64,000 nt of DNA from Tagaea sp. (GTDB lineage Bacteria > Pseudomonadota > Alphaproteobacteria > CACIAM-22H2). The translations under genes were made by a program, and so were the position numbers. Each line of letters begins with the position of its first letter. Within the stretch, counting starts at the first letter, position 1. Where the stretch lies: contig OZ257249.1 in NCBI GenBank assembly GCA_965279565.1, positions 2,256,496 to 2,320,495 on the forward strand, given 5' to 3'. The notes beneath the pieces are model-generated. The model saw only the letters and a program-made list of their open reading frames with translations, was not told the DNA's origin and ran no database searches. Positions 61,555 through 64,000 of the stretch are shown here, piece after piece.

Positions 61555-62871
61555 TCAGGCTCCAAATGTCTCGCGCACGACCGGCGACGGGGCCGGGGGT
61601 GCTTCGCCGATAGTATATGCCTTCCGCAGCGTCGCGGCGGCACGTTCGGCGCCCGCCTCGTCGCGCGCGTGCATGATCGCGAGCGGCCGATCCGGGCCGA
61701 CCTGCGCACCCAGCAGGGCAAGGCGCTCGAAACCGACGGCCGGATCGATGGCGGCGGCCGGATCGGTGCGCCCGCCGCCAAGCTCCAGCACCGCCACGCC
61801 GACCGCGCGCGTGGCGACCGACACGACGGTTCCGGGCCGTGCCGGTGCGACCGCGCGCACGATGGGGGCTTTCGCGAGATAGGCGTCGGGCCGCTCGATC
61901 AGGTCGGCGGGCCCGCCGAGTGCCGCGACCATCCGCGCAAAGCGTTCGGCGGCAGCGCCCGAGGCGAGGGCGGCATCGAGCCTGGCACCTGCCGTGCCGC
62001 GCGGCGCGATGCCCGACAGGTCCAGCATCTCGATCGCAAGGGCGCGCGTGCAGTCGTGCAGCCGCGCCTCGCGTGTACCCGTCAGGTAGGCGATGGCCTC
62101 GCGCACTTCCAGCGCGTTGCCGGCGGTCGTCCCGAGCGGGCTGTCCATGTCGGTCAGCAGGGCGCGCGTCTTCAGGCCCGCACCGTTCGCCACGTCGACG
62201 ATGGACTGCGCCAGTTCGCGCGCGCGGCCGAACTCGGCCATGAACGCGCCGGAGCCGAATTTGACGTCCATCACGAGCGCGTCGAGCCCGGCGGCGAGCT
62301 TCTTCGACAGAATCGACGCGGTGATCAGGCCGATGGATTCGACCGTCGCCGTCACGTCGCGGATCGCGTAGAGCCGCTTGTCGGCCGGGGCGAGATTCGC
62401 GGTCTGGCCGATGATCGCGCAGCCGACCTCGCGCACCGTGCTGCGGAAACGCGCATTGTCCGGTTTCGCGTCGTAGCCCGGGATGCTTTCGAGCTTGTCG
62501 AGCGTGCCGCCGGTGTGGCCGAGCCCGCGGCCCGAGATCATCGGCACGAAGCCGCCGCACGCGGCAACCCAGGGGGCGAGCATCAGGCTGACCTTGTCGC
62601 CCACACCACCGGTCGAATGCTTGTCGACGACGGGGCCGGGCAGGTTCTCGGACTTCCACGACAGCACGTCGCCCGAACGCGTCATCGAGCGCGTCAGCGC
62701 GATGCATTCGCCGCGATCGATGCCGCGCAGGAACAGCGCCATCGCGAGTGCGCCCACCTGCGCGTCGGCAAGCCCCTTGCCGTCGGCAATGCCAGCAACC
62801 AGCGCCTCGATCTCGGAATCTTCGAGGCGCTTGCCGTCGCGTTTCCGGCGGATGAGTTCCTGCGGCAGCAT
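61555..62871 (-). CDS. deoA: Thymidine/pyrimidine-nucleoside phosphorylase
   Basis: 438 aa from [16 protein letters not shown]. Glycosyl-transferase family 3 signature [11 protein letters not shown]. Confidence 0.85.
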   Translation of the reverse strand: MLPQELIRRKRDGKRLEDSEIEALVAGIADGKGLADAQVGALAMALFLRGIDRGECIALTRSMTRSGDVLSWKSENLPGPVVDKHSTGGVGDKVSLMLAPWVAACGGFVPMISGRGLGHTGGTLDKLESIPGYDAKPDNARFRSTVREVGCAIIGQTANLAPADKRLYAIRDVTATVESIGLITASILSKKLAAGLDALVMDVKFGSGAFMAEFGRARELAQSIVDVANGAGLKTRALLTDMDSPLGTTAGNALEVREAIAYLTGTREARLHDCTRALAIEMLDLSGIAPRGTAGARLDAALASGAAAERFARMVAALGGPADLIERPDAYLAKAPIVRAVAPARPGTVVSVATRAVGVAVLELGGGRTDPAAAIDPAVGFERLALLGAQVGPDRPLAIMHARDEAGAERAAATLRKAYTIGEAPPAPSPVVRETFGA

Positions 62872-62875
62872 GGCG

Positions 62876-63637
62876 TCAGTAACCCGGCTTGCCGGCCTCG
62901 GCCGGGCGGCCTTCGAGGGCGGCCAGCAACGCGTCGAGCAGGCCCGACGCGCCGAAGCGGAACGTGTCGGGCCGCGGCCACGAAGCACCCCGGATGCGGT
63001 CGGCGATTTCCAGATAGGCGCGCGCGTCGGCAAGCGTGCGCACGCCGCCCGATATCTTCACGCCGATCTCGCGCGGCGCCTTGCGCGCGGCTTCCAGCAG
63101 CACGCGCGCGGCTTCGGGCGTTGCCCCCGTCGCGATTTTCCCGGTCGACGTCTTCAGCATGTCGCCGCCCGCGTCGATCGCTTCGGCGCACGCGGCATTG
63201 AGCCGCGCCATGTCCGTGAAATGGCCGCTTTCGAGGATCACCTTGACCGGAACCTTCGGCCCGCAGATCGCCTTGGCCGCCGCGACCATCGTGGCTGCCT
63301 TGACCTTCTCGCCGCGCAGCCATTCGACATAGGGAAAGACCAGGTCGATCTCGTCCGCCCCGTCGGCCAGCGCCTTGCGCACCGCGAGCAGCACGTCGGG
63401 CCGCGGCTCGCTGCCCGAGGGGAAATTGACGACCGTCGCCACGCGCACCTTCGTGCCGGCGAGCGCCGTCTTCGCCTGCGCCACGAAGCGCGGCCACAGG
63501 CACACGGCCGCGACCGGCCCGAACGGCGTGACCGCCCGCGCACAGAGCGCAGCGGTCGATGCCACGTCGTCGGCATCGTTGAGGCTGGTGAGGTCGAGCA
63601 GCGGCAGGGCGCGGCGCGCGAGATCTGTGTCGGTCAT
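62876..63637 (-). CDS. deoC: Deoxyribose-phosphate aldolase
   Basis: DLTSLNDADD, VATVVNFPSG and the Schiff-base lysine region KTSTGK. 253 aa. Confidence 0.85.
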   Translation of the reverse strand: MTDTDLARRALPLLDLTSLNDADDVASTAALCARAVTPFGPVAAVCLWPRFVAQAKTALAGTKVRVATVVNFPSGSEPRPDVLLAVRKALADGADEIDLVFPYVEWLRGEKVKAATMVAAAKAICGPKVPVKVILESGHFTDMARLNAACAEAIDAGGDMLKTSTGKIATGATPEAARVLLEAARKAPREIGVKISGGVRTLADARAYLEIADRIRGASWPRPDTFRFGASGLLDALLAALEGRPAEAGKPGY

Positions 63638-64000
63638 GCCTTTGCGATCTCCGGAAGGGCGGCCTCGAGCAGGGCCGCGAGGTTCTTGCCGATGCGCGCG
63701 GCGATCGCCTGCGTGTGGTCGTGCGACAAATGCTGGCCTTCGCGCATGCCCGCGACGAGATTGGTGACGGCACTGATCGCCGCAACGCGCAGGCCGCAGT
63801 GGCGCGCCACCATCACCTCGGGTGCGGTCGACATGCCGACGAGATCGGCCCCGAGCGTGCGAAGTGCGCGGATCTCGGCCGGTGTCTCGAAGTTCGGTCC
63901 CAGATACCAGGCATAGACGCCCTCGGGCAGGTCGATGCCGAGCGGGGCGGCGGCCTTGCGCAGCACCGTGCGGAACGCCGGGTCGTAGGCGTCGGTCATC
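63634..64000 (-). CDS. Purine-nucleoside phosphorylase (PNP/MTAP family 1), C-terminal portion only; 5' end beyond the window
   Basis: VGMSTAPEVMVARHCGLRVAAISAVTNLVAGM is the PNP family motif. 4-bp overlap with the deoC start. Confidence 0.75.
   Translation of the reverse strand, partial: MTDAYDPAFRTVLRKAAAPLGIDLPEGVYAWYLGPNFETPAEIRALRTLGADLVGMSTAPEVMVARHCGLRVAAISAVTNLVAGMREGQHLSHDHTQAIAARIGKNLAALLEAALPEIAKA

Overview
This window is a high-GC (about 67-70%), gene-dense chromosomal segment that looks alphaproteobacterial. Supporting signs are an intracellular PHB depolymerase, a ModE-type mod operator, an FNR/FixK-type box and GC3-skewed codons. I call about 64 protein genes and one tRNA-Thr(UGU). 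I found no transposase or integrase genes and no CRISPR array. Most genes are transport and catabolism modules. They include a sulfonate-type substrate-binding protein next to a luciferase-like oxidoreductase; a YeeE/YedE-TusA thiosulfate-uptake pair; a PhnS/T/U-like ABC importer with a HAD hydrolase; glycine-betaine catabolism (a GbcA-like Rieske oxygenase with dimethylglycine dehydrogenase); hutF/hutG; modABC; a Dpp-type peptide ABC operon with an M20 peptidase; hemN; LysR-phnW-phnA-phnY; a Tat-exported PhoX phosphatase translationally coupled to mscL; and a deo nucleoside-catabolism operon (deoB, deoA, deoC and a partial punA-like phosphorylase). The strongest candidate for an undescribed functional system is a conserved three-gene cluster at 29297-36173. 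It encodes a 1127-aa transglutaminase-like DUF2126 protein, a circularly-permuted ATP-grasp/alpha-E fusion, and a second transglutaminase-like protein. Both Cys-His-Asp triads are intact, and an MFS exporter is transcribed divergently. This is a predicted peptide-ligation/modification system with no experimentally known product. Other items worth a look are a 62-aa Cys-rich ORF with a perfect Shine-Dalgarno, and two identical 17-bp perfect palindromes 124 bp apart in an AT-rich island next to phaZ. I also report predicted operators for ModE, Pho (two sites) and FNR/FixK, and for the LysR regulator of phnWAY. Long ORFs antisense to real genes are GC-bias artifacts and were rejected.
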